Positions 26,185 through 38,978 of a stretch of DNA of 64,000 nucleotides are shown piece after piece. Source of the DNA: Octopus sinensis (lineage: Eukaryota); assembly GCF_006345805.1 (NCBI RefSeq), contig NC_043008.1, positions 32,984,001 to 33,048,000 of the forward strand, in the 5' to 3' direction. Every line of letters starts with the position of its first letter. Position 1 is the first letter of the stretch. Below the pieces are notes generated by a model that was not told the origin of the DNA, did not search any database, and saw nothing but the letters and a program-made list of their open reading frames with translations. The translations under genes and the position numbers were made by a program.

Positions 26185-26405
26185 GAAGGTGTTTATAAGC
26201 CATATAACAACACACAGAACCGTTAGATTCACTTCAACATTTAAATTTAATTTGTCGAAATATTTTCATTCCTTTGAAACCGCAGGAATTTTGTCAGTGG
26301 GCAGGTCACATTTTCAAAGGGACGAAAATATTTTGACAAATTAAATTTAAATGTTGAAATGAATCTAACGGTTCTGTGTGTTTTTAAATGGCTTATAACA
26401 CCTTC
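26185..26405. repeat. Foldback palindrome, ~95 bp arms
   Basis: gaaggtgtttataagccat...ctttgaaa is the reverse complement of tttcaaagg...atggcttataacaccttc, with a ~30-nt loop. Confidence 0.9.
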
Positions 26406-26619
26406 TATGGTCATTTCCATATTATGGTTAATGGTTTGTGTCTTGAAATATTTAGACTTGCATTCTATTGAAAATTTATACATATATAAATGGCGGTGCC
26501 CCAGAATGGCCACAGCTCGTGAGCTGAAACTAGATAAAATAAAATAAATAAAAAATATATAGTAATGATATTAATAAGGATACCATGCTAATCCTACAGA
26601 GAACATTAATTCTCATTCA

Positions 26620-26835
26620 CTTAGATTATTGCTCCTGATTTTGATCACCAGAGTGTCAAACTAAGAGCAGAACTTGAGGCATTCCAGCTCTTCTACATAG
26701 TGAGGATTGTCTTAGGGCAACAGATGAGCTACTGGAGAGGTTAAAGGAACTGAGGCTGTACTCCCTAGAGAGAAGATGTGAAAGATATGCAATGATATAT
26801 TTATGGAAAATCCTGGAAGGTCTAGCTCCAATCAA
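26620..26835 (+). mobile_element. CR1/L2-type LINE C-terminal fragment
   Basis: Reads YWERLKELRLYSLERRCERYAMIYLWKILEGLAP. Confidence 0.8.
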
Positions 26836-27143
26836 AATGTCCTGGAATCAATTTCTTTGATTGAAAAAATCTTCAAGGCAGTGCTCCAACATGGCCACAG
26901 TCAAATGGCTAAAACAAGTAAAAGAATAAAAGAATACCTATATTTTTCAGAGAAGAACAGCTCTTCTATCAGCAAAACTTAGTTTTAACCTGAAAACGCG
27001 AGGTACTCTCTGCTGTCTTTCTAAGTTGCATCTCTACTTTTAGTGTGCAGCCCATAGTTCTATAGTTGTATCAAGTATTTGCATATATGCTCTTTTCTTC
27101 TTGATACATAAATGCATATGCTCTTTTATTCTTTTACTTGTTT

Positions 27144-27356
27144 AAGGTGGTGAGCTGGCAGAAACGTTAGCCTACTGGGCAAAATGCTTAGCGGTATTTC
27201 ATCTGTCTTTACATTCTGAGTTCAAATTCCACCAAGGTCGACTTTACCTTTTGTCCTTTCGGGGTCATAAATCAAGTACCAGTTACATACTGGGATCAAT
27301 GCAATCGACTGGCCCCTTTCCCCAAAATTTCAGGCCTTGTGTCTAGAGCAGAAAAG
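27144..27356 (+). mobile_element. Short SINE inserted into the tail of an opposite-strand composite SINE
   Basis: 16-bp TSD attcttttacttgttt at 27128-27143 and 27357-27372. Confidence 0.92.
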
Positions 27357-27574
27357 ATTCTTTTACTTGTTTCAGTCATGTGACTGATGCCATGCTGAAG
27401 CACCACGTTAAAGGGATCTTTTAGTCAAAGAAACTGAGTGCAAGACTTATTCTTTGTAAGCCTGGTACTTATTCTATCGTTCTCTTTCGCTGAATCAGTA
27501 AGCTGTGTGAACGTAAACACACCATCAGTTGTCAAGTGATGGTGGGGTGGGACAAACGGACACAAAGACATAAA

Positions 27575-27788
<214 letters not shown>

Positions 27789-27896
27789 CATCCCACCCAT
27801 GCTACCATGGAAAACAGACGTTAAATGATGATGATGATATACACATATATATATATATATATTCGAATAATTATCATGAAGCATTGTGAAGAATAA

Positions 27897-28200
27897 ATTG
27901 TATATAGGATTGTGAGTAAGACCAAAACAATGCAAAGTAAATGCAAGGTAAATCACAAGAAAACAAATATGTGAATTAATGTAGACTTACCTTGTATTCA
28001 ATATTTTGGGGTTTATCACCCCATTTTCAAGAAATTGATGAATGTTGCCCATTGGCAACATTTGTCAATTTCTTGAAAATGGGGTCATAACCCCGAAATA
28101 TTGAATACAAGGTAAATCTACATTAATTCACATATTTGTTTTCTTGTGATTTACCTTGCATTTACTTTGCATTGTTTTGGCCTTACCGACAATCCTTTAT

Positions 28201-28206
<6 letters not shown>
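27897..28206. repeat. Foldback palindrome, ~150 bp arms, 4-nt loop
   Basis: Centre tgttgcc-catt-ggcaaca at 28043-28060. The arms pair out to attgtatataggattg / caatcctttatacaat. Confidence 0.95.
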
Positions 28207-28231
<25 letters not shown>

Positions 28232-28239
28232 TGGAGCAA

Positions 28240-29091
28240 GAACATAACAGACAACAAGGAAAACATACAGACAGATGGACAATACAAAGACAGACAGGAA
28301 AACCAGGTCAGAATATTCATGGCTTTCTATTCATCAGTCAAGTTTTCAATTATCACTACAGTTTCAACCTGTTACACTTGAGACTGTTCAAAATTGATAG
28401 GCCCCAAAAATATAGGGCATTCAATTTTTGGAAGAAAGTAGTCAGATATATGCAACAACAAGGGCAAAAAAATGAGAAAACGGAGAAAATGTTACATGAT
28501 TACAAATACAAACAACAAGAATAACAACAGGTGTCTTTTGACTAAAAGGACAAGTTAAATTGGCATGTGAAGTGGAAGCCTTACAGCAACAAACACAGAT
28601 GAAAGTCAGGAGACAGGAAAATAAGGTGTTGTGCAAGGGGCAGTCAAGCCAAGAAAGATCATGCTTAGTCAAGTACCGATCACGTGGGAGGATCAGGGAG
28701 AGGTAGGGAACAAAGGGATTGAAGAATTAAGGAAGGAACTAGAGAGAGAAAGAGAGAGAGGAAAAGGTACAAGGGAGATAACAGAGGAAAGTAGAGAGAT
28801 TAAAGAAAGAGAATGCCAAGAAAGTGAGAGAGGCAGAGTGAGAAAAAGAAAAGAGTAAAGAAAGACGAAAGTCATACAGAATTTAGACATATACTTACTT
28901 ACAAGCTGAGCCGTACATACGTGCACCGCTATATGTATATGTAAATCAAAAAAACGGAACAAAAATGTAACGGACAACAATGAAAACATACAGACAGATG
29001 GACAATAAAAGGATGATCGGGAAAACCAGGGCAGAACATTTGTGGTTTTCTATTTATCAGTCAAGCTTCCAATTATCACTACAGTTTCGGC
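28240..29091. mobile_element. Element bounded by ~130-bp direct repeats 723 bp apart (pseudo-LTR-like)
   Basis: gaaaacatacagacagatggacaat...tcagtcaag...attatcactacagtttc occurs at about 28240-28369 and 28960-29091. Confidence 0.55.
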
Positions 29092-31885
29092 CTATTACAT
29101 ATACAATGGGCTTATTTTAGTTTCTGTCTACCAAATCCACTCACAAGGCTTTGTTCGGCCCAAGGCTGTAGTAGAAAACACTTACCCAAGGTGCCACACA
29201 GTAGGACTGACCCCAGAAGCATGTGGTTGAGACATAAGCTTCTTACCACAGAGAGAACATTGTAATTAATTCTGATTACAATATTCTCAAAAGAAGAAAG
29301 ATATTTGATTTTCAAAGTTTATCAAAGAATTAATTAAACACTTTTAATCAGCTATAGATGTGTTTCTGAATTTTTCCTCCATCAGCGCAAATTTGCCAGT
29401 TTCCTCAATCGCTCTAATATAATTAGGTTATCCAACATTTTGATACCAGACTTGTAACCTATTATAATTCCCATCGCATCAAAAATAATATCTTAATCCT
29501 TTTCACTTCAAATAAAAAAGAGTAACTGCTGATAATGCACAAATACAAGCTATTACATACTAATTCAACAAACATTATTAAGAGAAAATTGATAAAACTT
29601 TCATAAAAGAATCTTAACTCCTTCATGCTATGCTTGCTTCATATGAATACTCACTCTTTTGATACCAGCCCACCTGAGACCACTCTTGACCCTTTGCTAT
29701 AAAGTTTTTGTTTCAAAATGATTTAAATTAAAACCTCTCTGTGAAACTTCATGTTAATTTATGTTCCAAACACCAGATTAATAATAGTTATTTTACTAAA
29801 TTCTTTGTAATTTTCAAAATTAATTGAAACAAAAGATCATTTTAATAGAAATATGGTAACAAAAGGGTTAAATTGAGTCCAGTATTTGATATATTTTATC
29901 TTATCAATTCTGGGATAATGAAAGGTAAATTTTATAACTGAGATTTGAATGCAGGGAAACCATAACTAAGCATCACAGATATTTTGTCTAATACTGCAGT
30001 ATTGATCCTGAATGGACAAATACTGTGGCAATTGACCTACAAATGTTTATACATTTATTATGATACATAGATGACTATTTTAATTTAATACTCCTCAGTA
30101 GCATATATTGGAAGTTTTAGTATGTTTTAAGTCAGTTGTCTAATCAAATATCATTTTCACCATGAAACATAATGGTCATTTCATCTTGCACCATTGGTAA
30201 CAGTGACATACTTTGAGGCATAATCTTTAACATCGCTCAAAACAGCAGGCAATGTTTTCTTGAATCACACTCTACAATCTTTTTAAAAAGGACACATTAA
30301 GTAATGTTGTCTGTGATTAACTATGCCTGAAGCCAATATGGTTAAACTTGGAATGCCTTTGACCATAAGCTTATTGGATCAGGATTGACCTAGGATTCAA
30401 CAACATAGTTCAGAAGAATATAAAATATTCTCAATATCTGCAACATTAGTATTATTATTATATCTCTTAGTATCATGTAACAATTTGATTCTGTTACAAT
30501 GTTGATTTTTATTTCATCTTTGTACTCTACCACAAGGAAGCCAACTAGCAGAGTATTAGGTATATTGCATTGCAATATTCATTCTGGCTCTGTGCTGAGT
30601 TCAAACCTCACTGAGGTAAATTTCTACCTTTTATCCTTTTGTGGTCACTAACTAAAGCACCAGGTCAGCACCAGAGTAAATTCATCTCTTTCTCTCATTC
30701 TTTCTTTCTTCTGAAAGAAATCAGCTGTATTCAGACCTGGAGAGGGATGGGTCTTACCAGGTTTAAAAATGCCCAAGATGTGTCAGAACAGCACCCCTAC
30801 TACTCTGTGAAGAAGTTGATGACCCAAGGCCAAGAGTTACTAATAATACTTTATGTGTCAATTGGGAAACTTCTCTATGGTTGCTTGATCTGCTAAAAAT
30901 ATCAACCAAATCTCCCTCAAATCACACCTAACTATCTAAACCTGGGTACACTATATCTGACAAATAAATGATCACATCTGAAACAACTTTGAGCATATAT
31001 GTCTGTGTGATCAAGGTGGACATAGAGCTAAATGTCCAGATGGTTTAATGTAATCCTGGAGATAATATTACAGAAAAGACATGATGGTCATGGATGGAAC
31101 GTTTTCGATCATAGGTCTGCTTAATCAGGTCTAAACAAAACAACAACAGTCTATCAGTCTGTTTAATAAAAATAAAACAGATCTTCATACCTGAACATTT
31201 TTCTTCTCCCTCTTCTCATCAAATCTTCCATTACTTTCTCTGAATTCCTCAGACACCCCCATCACTAATCAAAGAATTTTGAATTATCTTTTATCTTTTA
31301 CTTGAGGAACTGCATTGGCGAATTTTAGTTGAACGAATCAACCCCACTACTTATTATTTTTTGTAAAGCCTGGTAACTGTTCTATCAGTCTCTTTTGCCT
31401 AACTGCTGAGTTATGGAGACATAAATACACCAACACCGGTTTTCAGGTGTAGCAGGGAGCCAAAACACACATACACACACGCACACATTTATTGAATCTT
31501 CCATGTGTTAACATGTACCTCCTTGTGACAATGTAAACTTTCATTTAATCAAGATATCCTTGGCATGAAGAGTAGCCTACAGTGTACGCCTCGCTTTGAT
31601 ATTTACCATTTCCAAGGTTCCACTCACTATGAAACATATGTAGCCTGGATCTTATCTACTCTATTCCTTAACTCTTGTATTCTTATTCACATACTCAGCA
31701 ACCTTGGTTGCCTACCGTGAAATATAAAAAGAACTTTTTTCAGTTTATCGTACTTCAATATGAAAAGAATCCACAACCTTCCATCTCAATAAGTCACTAT
31801 TGTCCCTGAAAGTTGTTTTTTTATATATATTACAGATTGCTTGAGGCTAACTTTCTTCCCACACCTCAATCCCTGGATCTTATAA

Positions 31886-31926
<41 letters not shown>

Positions 31927-31937
31927 GATAAACGTCG

Positions 31938-32229
31938 CTCTTTTCAAGCCTAGCCAGGCTCATGGGCCCGGTTTCCCAGTTTCTGTGGCGTATGTGTCCC
32001 CCCCAGCTGGATAGGATACCAGTCCATCACAGCGTTACTCAAGAAACAGGAAGAGAGAAAGTTGGGGCGAAAGAGTACAACAGGAGTTGCCACCACCCCC
32101 TGCCAGAGCCTCATGGAGCTTTTAAGTGTTTTTGCTCAATAAACACACACAGTGCCCGGTCTGGGAATTGAAACCGCGATCCTCTGACCATGAGTCCGCT
32201 TGCCCTAACCACTGGGCCATTGTGCCTCC
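31938..32229 (-). mobile_element. tRNA-headed SINE (fourth family)
   Basis: Colinear with 12646-12946. Confidence 0.88.
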
Positions 32230-32743
32230 ACACACACACACACACTCACACGCACATACATATACCACAGGCCTCTTTTAGTTTCTGTCTACCAAATCTA
32301 CTCACAAGTCTTTGGTCAACCCAAGGCTATAGTAGAAGACACTTGTCCAAGGTGCCACACAATAGGACAGAACTCATAACCATGTAGTTCTTGCCTCACA
32401 GTCACACCTGCTCTTATGTTACAAACATTGAATGTTGTACAAATGTACATATAGTTATACAGGAAAACAAAGCAATTGGTGCTTGCCTCTGCTATTTGGT
32501 ACAGAAGTGTTCAGAGAATTCCTTCAGTCTAAAGAGAAGTCCCTCTGTCTAAAGCAGTGTAGTTGTTTGATTGTAAGCAACCAAAGCAACAACAATACTT
32601 TATCTCTCTTCCTCACTTCTGAGAGCAATTGAATTTAAAACAGTCAAAGGGCTTAATTATTAGGTAAAAAAATGTGCTCAATAGAAAATTTTCAGTAGGC
32701 ATGGCTTTATATTTCTATATTTAAGAGATGAGGAATTATGTAG

Positions 32744-32851
32744 ATTATTTACATTATTTACATTTGACGGATATTTGTCCTCATCCTGTTTGTTGTTAAC
32801 AACAAACAAGATGAGGACAAATATCCGTCAAATGTAAATAATGTAAATAAT
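32744..32851. repeat. 108-bp loopless palindrome inside a TSD-flanked insertion
   Basis: Centred on gtt|aac (32797/32798), one mismatch. The 13-bp direct repeat ggcatggctttat lies at 32698-32710 and 32853-32865. Confidence 0.95.
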
Positions 32852-33329
32852 GGGCATGGCTTTATGGTAAGTAGTTTGCTTTCCAGTCACATGGTTTGGG
32901 GTTCAGTCCCCTGTGAGTCACCTTGGGCAAAACTCTTCTATTTTAACCCCAGGCCAACCAAAGCCATGTGAATGAATTTGGTAAACAGCAACTGAAAGTC
33001 CATTGTGTGTGTGTGTATTTGTGTTTGTTAGTTCCCCACCACTGTTTGACAACTGGTGCTGGTTTATTTACATCCCATAATGTACATCCCCATAAATTAC
33101 ATCCCATAACTTACCAGTTTGGCAAACAGACCAATAGAAGAAGAACCAGGCTTAAGAAGGAAATGCCTTTATAAATATGGAAGCCAATTTGTTCAAATAA
33201 ACCCTTCAATGACTGAAACAAAAGATAATAAAACAATTTTAAAAAATTCAATGGGGCACAAGACAAAATGCCTCTGTTACTCATAAATTTTAATGCTTAT
33301 AATTTTCTTTTAATTTTATTTGCTTTCAG

Positions 33330-33449
33330 TGCAATGGAAGTTGGTGGAGATGTCGATATGGCCACAAAAGCAGAATTAATGTGGTATGACTACATTTTAC
33401 ATTTCTTAACCTTCTTCTGGAAAGTGATCATTGCTCTACTACCACCAAC
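33330..33449 (+). CDS. NCX/SLC8-like exon leading into the C-terminal transmembrane half
   Basis: tgctttcag|...|gtaagt. Reads SAMEVGGDVDMATKAELMWYDYILHFLTFFWKVIIALLPP(T), matching NCX 'DY.MHFLT.FWKV.FA..PPT'. Confidence 0.97.
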
Positions 33450-33563
33450 GTAAGTATTCAGTACTGACAGTATTTCAGAAATTTAACTCTTGAAAATAGT
33501 CAAATATATTGAAATAGTTAATGTAAATATTTAACATACTTAAACTAACCAGGCAGGAATATA

Positions 33564-34545
33564 CAGGGGTTGGATGAAATAATGGAAACACCTTAAAATT
33601 TCAAACAAATTTATTTTAATATTGGGTAGGACCACCTTTGGCAATAATTACAGCTTGAATTCTATGAGGTATGGACTCATACAAAGTTTGAATTGTTTCC
33701 AAAGGAATTTTTGTCCATTCTTCAGCTAAAACAGTCTCCAGGTCTTGTAGTGATGATGGTGAAGGATATCGGCTCCTTACCTATTTTTCTAAAATGCACC
33801 ATAAATGTTCAATAATATTGAGATCTGAGGACTTGGTGGCCAGATAAGATGTTCAACTTCACAAGAATGTTCCTTGTGCCATTTAGTAACAACATTAGCT
33901 GTGTGAATTGGTGCATTATCATCCTGAACAATTGCATTTCCTTCTGGAAACAGTTCCACAACCATAGGATGAATTTGATCAGATAAAATGCTTAAATAGT
34001 ATTCACTATTAATTCTGCCATGAAGGGAAACCATTGGACCAGTGGATTTCCAAGATATAGTCTCCCAGATCATTACAGATCCTCCTCTATGTTTAACAGT
34101 TGGAAGAAGGCAGTCTGGGTCAAATGTTTCTTTTGGCTGTCTCCACATATATACTTAGCTGGTGGTCAGAAATAAGTTAAAGGATGACTCGTCAAAGAAA
34201 ATAACATTCTTCAACTGCTCTAGGGACCAATTCTGTAGGTTTTTACTCCACTCTAAACGCTTTGCAACGTTTGTTTTTGAAAATAGTGGTTTTCTGATTG
34301 CAACCCTCCTATGAAATCCAGCTTTGTGTAGCTCCCAGCAAACAGCTTTTGTAGTCATTAAGCTCTGCAGTAGTTTTGAGAGCTGTATTTTTGTGATCCT
34401 TTCTAACAATTCACGCAAGAGTCCAACTGTCCCTATCTGAAAGTTTTGGTTTTCTTCTGGAGTTTTGTTTTGACAAGGAGGTTTTTCCTTCTTTCTCAAA
34501 GGCTGTCATTACTTTCAAAACAGTACTTCTTGATACACCAGACAT
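33564..34545 (-). mobile_element. Tc1-type transposon relic lacking its transposase 5' end and second TIR
   Basis: TA+CAGGGGTTGGATGAAATAATGGAAACAC terminus. Frameshifted transposase pieces (GVSRSTV, FFDESSF, TVKHRGGSVMIW, QDDNAPIH, WPPSP) in ORFs 33789-34148 and 34155-34499. Lies in an NCX intron. Confidence 0.92.
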
Positions 34546-34586
34546 TTACATTTATTCACTTCTCACAACTCCTGATTTTTATAGTT

Positions 34587-34589
34587 TAC

Positions 34590-34620
<31 letters not shown>

Positions 34621-34726
34621 TACATACATGCATGCATGCATGCATACATACATACATACATACATACATACATACATACATACATACATACATACATACA
34701 TACATACATACATACATACATACATA
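34587..34726. repeat. (AT)n(CATA)n microsatellite
   Basis: Direct read; source of the MYVC and HTYI pseudo-ORFs. Confidence 0.97.
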
Positions 34727-34920
34727 GGTGAGAAAACACACCCAGTACTTTTTGAATAAAAATCCTTGGGATATTTGTTCTGCATTGTATTGTCATTCCC
34801 ACCTCAGAAATTCAGTAAGCCAGTGATTGGCCTGTATGAAAATAAGCTATTTTACTAAATAGTATTAAGTAAATGATGTTTCTATTGTATGTATGACTGG
34901 TATTTTTTTTTTATCTGTAG

Positions 34921-34996
34921 GAGTTACTGTAATGGCTGGGTAACCTTCATCAGTTCTCTCACAGCAATTGGTGTTCTTACTGCTTTTGTTGAACAG
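34921..34996 (+). CDS. NCX/SLC8-like exon (TM6 region)
   Basis: ttatctgtag|...cag|gtaatt. Reads (T)SYCNGWVTFISSLTAIGVLTAFVEQ, matching NCX 'GW.CF..S...IG.LTA'. Phase 2 in, phase 0 out. Confidence 0.96.
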
Positions 34997-35177
34997 GTAA
35001 TTTAAAAGACTTTTTTCATTTGATTTCTCAGAAGTAGAAGATATTTAAATTCAAATAAAATATAAATATACATTAATTACAAGTGAATTAACTACTAAGC
35101 AAACAATTTGAAATAGAAAGAGCCTATAATGTCTATAAAATACTAATGTATTATTTGTGATCTTTTATCAAAAACAG

Positions 35178-35331
35178 CTTGGAAATCTTCTTGGCTGTGT
35201 GGTTGGTTTGAAACAAAGTGTGACTGGAATTACCATAATTGCTTTAGGAACCAGCCTTCCTGATACATTTGCCAGTCGCACAGCTGCCAAACATGACAGT
35301 AATGCAGATGCAGCTATAGGAAATATCACAG
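35178..35331 (+). CDS. NCX/SLC8-like exon, alpha-2 repeat
   Basis: aacag|...|gtaaga. Reads [51 protein letters not shown](G), the alpha-2 ion-binding repeat of Ca2+/cation antiporters. Confidence 0.98.
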
Positions 35332-36503
35332 GTAAGATATCTTGATATTAGTTTTGATCTAGGTTACATTAAATCTAGATCAAGAATTTTCAACAGATTA
35401 GTGCTAACAAATATTGGTCTTTCTTGTTTGCTCTCCAGATTTTTCTCTCAGACAAAATGAAACAAGTTTATATTCCATCTGTTGTTGGTTAGTCTCAAAT
35501 CAGCTCTGATTAAGCACACATCAGATCAAATATATTCCAATTTTTTTTTTCCAAATGTGAAACAACATTTTCAAATGTCCTTCCCTTTTTTAAGATGGTA
35601 GGGTGTAGTTTTGAGGGAGAGTTAGATATGATTGACAATTGTGTCCAATTTATCAGAAACATGTAGCATACCCTGTTAGAGAAAAATATTGTATATCATC
35701 CTTCTGATCCACATGCAGTATGAGCCAACAATGAAGACAACATGGGCAGCAATGGTCATTCAATCTGCAGGAACTTAGAATCAAATCTCCTTACAGTCAT
35801 GTTGTCTTAATAAAAGAAAAACTTACTGGATGATGTAGTTCTAACTATATTACATCTGACTGAAGGACTAGAATGGTAATAAATAGACTATTTTTTATCA
35901 TAAGTCTATTTGAGTTAGGGTTTACCTGAGGCAAAGCAACAACAACAAAAAAAAGCACCATCCTGGAAATAACAGGTGAATGTACAGTTGGATGTTGGTA
36001 GAAGTGCAAAAGTCAGTGTTTTAATTAAATACATTACCAAACTATCAGTGGCAAAACAGTGGAATATAGTGGAATGCCACTCTTTATTTGTGGTAAAGAC
36101 AATATATTCTCTGTGTGCTGTAGGAACATGTGAAATCAACAGATAAAATAGACTAGGTGATGTACTGTACAGTTGTCATAAGGATAAATAAATACTAGTA
36201 GAGTGAAATGGATGTGCATTTGTCAAGACAAATTTCATTAAATTCAACATCTATATATTTTACTTCAATATGTGCTTTACTTGTTGATTTGCTAATGTAC
36301 CATATTTGTATAACATACATACAAACATACATATATATATATATATATCATCATCATCATTATTTTAATGCTACCTACCGTGTTTGAATGAATCAGATGG
36401 AGTTTATTTAGGGAAATTATCAATAGCAGGATGCTCATCTTATCACCCTGTTTCCAAGTTAGGTATCGCTTCCCCATAGTCGGACATAGTTTTGTAGAAA
36501 ATT

Positions 36504-36564
36504 GAAAACTAGTGAGTCCCGTAAATATTGCATGGAATTAATGGGAAACCAATTGGGTTATTTC
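36504..36564 (+). ncRNA. Strongly decayed hammerhead-like relic
   Basis: GAAAA-CTAGTGA-GTCCC...GGG-AAAC-CAATTG-GGT. The core is scrambled, the C11.1-G12 pair appears deleted, and stem III is palindromic. Confidence 0.3.
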
Positions 36565-37030
36565 TGAAAACTTTATCCAAAAAACCTGAAAGCATAGCCT
36601 GTGTTGTGTCTGTATGGAAAGATAGTCACTTATCTGCTAATCATTGGAAAGTGAAAGAAATTGGAATACAATAATTGCTTAATGCACTTTATATATACAC
36701 TTTATATACTTTATGCACAATTTTTATAGACTTAGACTTAATACACAGCACTCTCCCTCTTTCTCTCACTCTTCACCTTACCCTCTTTTTTGCTCTCCTC
36801 TTTCTTTCGCTCTTTGCATTTCCCTTCAATAAATCATGTGAAAGCATTAGAGATGGGCTAAGTAATGGAGAAAAAGAAATTACACATTTCACTCACCACC
36901 ATTTCTCCTGCCCCTTCTCCCCATCTAGTTGAAGGCACTTGCCCGAGAAGTCATGCAGAGGAATTGAACCCAAAACCATATGATTGGTGGGTACACTTCT
37001 TAACCACTCAATCTTTCTTATACCTAAATA

Positions 37031-38504
37031 CAGTGGGGGGGGGGGGATAAATATTCGTACATGTCAAAATTATTTATTTATTTAATTTCTAATGAACATA
37101 AATATACCAATACTATATTTGCATACACATGCATAAACTAAGAATATGCAAGAGAAACTAATAAATTATAGTAACTAAGGAATTTATATTCAATTATAAA
37201 TATTTAGGAGTGAAAAATGTATTCATGCAGAACATAAATAACTGATAATTCTGATTTAATACTTCGTAGCATAACCATTATTCAGTTACACTTCAACCAA
37301 TCTCTTCTTGTAGTTCTTAATCAATGACTTGCATGTTTCTTTAGGAATTTTTTCCCATTCTTCTTGACAAATTTTCTTCAAATCTGCAATGCACATTGGG
37401 ACTCTTGAATGAATTTCAATTTTCAAATAACACCACAAATTTTCAATGGGGTTCAAGTCAGGTGACTGGCTTGGCCATTCTAATAATTTTATATTGTGAT
37501 CGACAATCCATTTTTTGGTAGACTTCGCCATGTGCTTAGGGTCGTTATCCTGTTGTAAAACCCACCCTTCACAAAGCTGGAGTTTTTCTAGAGTCCCATA
37601 AATTATTGTTCAAAATATTTTGGTACATCTCTGCATCCATTCTACCATCTATCACATGTAAATTGCCAGTACCATTTGCAGAAAAACACCTCCACACCAC
37701 GATGTTGCCACCTCCAAATTTTACGGTAGGAATTGTGTTTTTCAGTGAATAGGCGGTACCATCTTTCCTCCAAACATAGCTATGTGAATTTCGTCCAAAC
37801 AATTCAATTTTTGTTTCGTCTGTCCATAGAACATTTTCCCTGAATGTATCAGATTTATCTTTATGTTCATAAACAAATTTTAAACGGGCATCTCTATGCC
37901 TTTTAGTCAACAGTGAAGTTTTTCTACGAGAGCATGACTTCAGATCTAGGGGAAATCTTGCGTGGTACACCGGATCTTATTCTGTTTTCAACAGTTCCCG
38001 ATTTTTTATATCTTTGAATAAATGAAGATATGGTAGAAAATGGAATACAAAGGGTCTCTGATATTTTCCTGAAACTTTTACCTGCTTTCCACTGTTCAAT
38101 AATTAAGTTTTTCACAGAATTTGTGAGTTCTTTACTTTTTGCCATTATTACGATACTACTTTATGTTGTCTCAGTGCTGAATGAAGAAGCTAGCATTTTG
38201 ACACTTAAAAATGACAACTGATAGGATTATTGGAACAAATGAGAGAGTTCTAGTAAAAAAAAATTATTTTAACAGTATTTTGTGAAAAATCATAAATTTA
38301 TTCTGTACGAATACTTTTTTCACCCCTAAATATTTATAATTGTAAATAAATTCATTAGTTACTATAATTTATTAGTTTCTTTTGCATATTCTTAGATTGT
38401 GCATGTGTATGCAAATATAGTATTGGTGTATCCCATTTATGATCTTTAGAAATTAAATAAATAAAGAATTTTGACATGTACAAATATTTATTCCTCCGCC
38501 ACTG
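37031..38504 (-). mobile_element. Tc1 (DD34E) transposon with long (~200 bp) TIRs and TA target duplication
   Basis: TA|CAGTGG...CCACTG|TA. The ~200 bp ends are mutually complementary (aaatattcgtacatgtcaaaat / attttgacatgtacaaatattt, etc.). Confidence 0.95.
37286..38145 (-). pseudogene. Frameshifted, internally deleted Tc1 transposase
   Basis: MAKSKEL... HTH start, [31 protein letters not shown] and [15 protein letters not shown], with 34 residues between the second D and the E. Split over three frames. Confidence 0.93.
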
Positions 38505-38599
38505 TATATATATATTTATTATTTGAGGGAATATAAATCCAAACTTACAGGGAAAAAAAATTCAATTTAGAAATACTAAATCAAATTTCACACAATATA

Positions 38600-38913
38600 A
38601 TATATATACGAAAAATTAGGAAAAAAAACACACTTTGTCAATTCAGAATGAACAATTAAATTACACCATCTAGAAAATTACATATATTAGAAATATTAAA
38701 ATTAAAATAACAATAAAATGTCAATGATTAAGTAAATTGCAAAAAAAAATAATAAAAACGTATATAATTATATATTTTTTTATTATTTGTTTGCAATTTA
38801 CTTAATCATTGACATTTTATTGTTATTTTAATTTTAATATTTCTAATATGTGTAATTTTCTGGATGGTGTAATTTAATTGTTCATTTTGAATTGACAAAA
38901 GGTGGTTTTTTTC

Positions 38914-38930
<17 letters not shown>
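38600..38930. repeat. AT-rich foldback palindrome, ~160 bp arms
   Basis: Centred on tatataa|ttatata (38767/38768); for example gcaatttacttaatcattgacattttattg pairs with caataaaatgtcaatgattaagtaaattgc. Confidence 0.93.

Positions 38931-38978
<48 letters not shown>

Noticed and set aside
37034-37046. G-run as a potential G-quadruplex
   Set aside because: It is a homopolymer expansion within the Tc1 TIR; the partner TIR has ordinary sequence.
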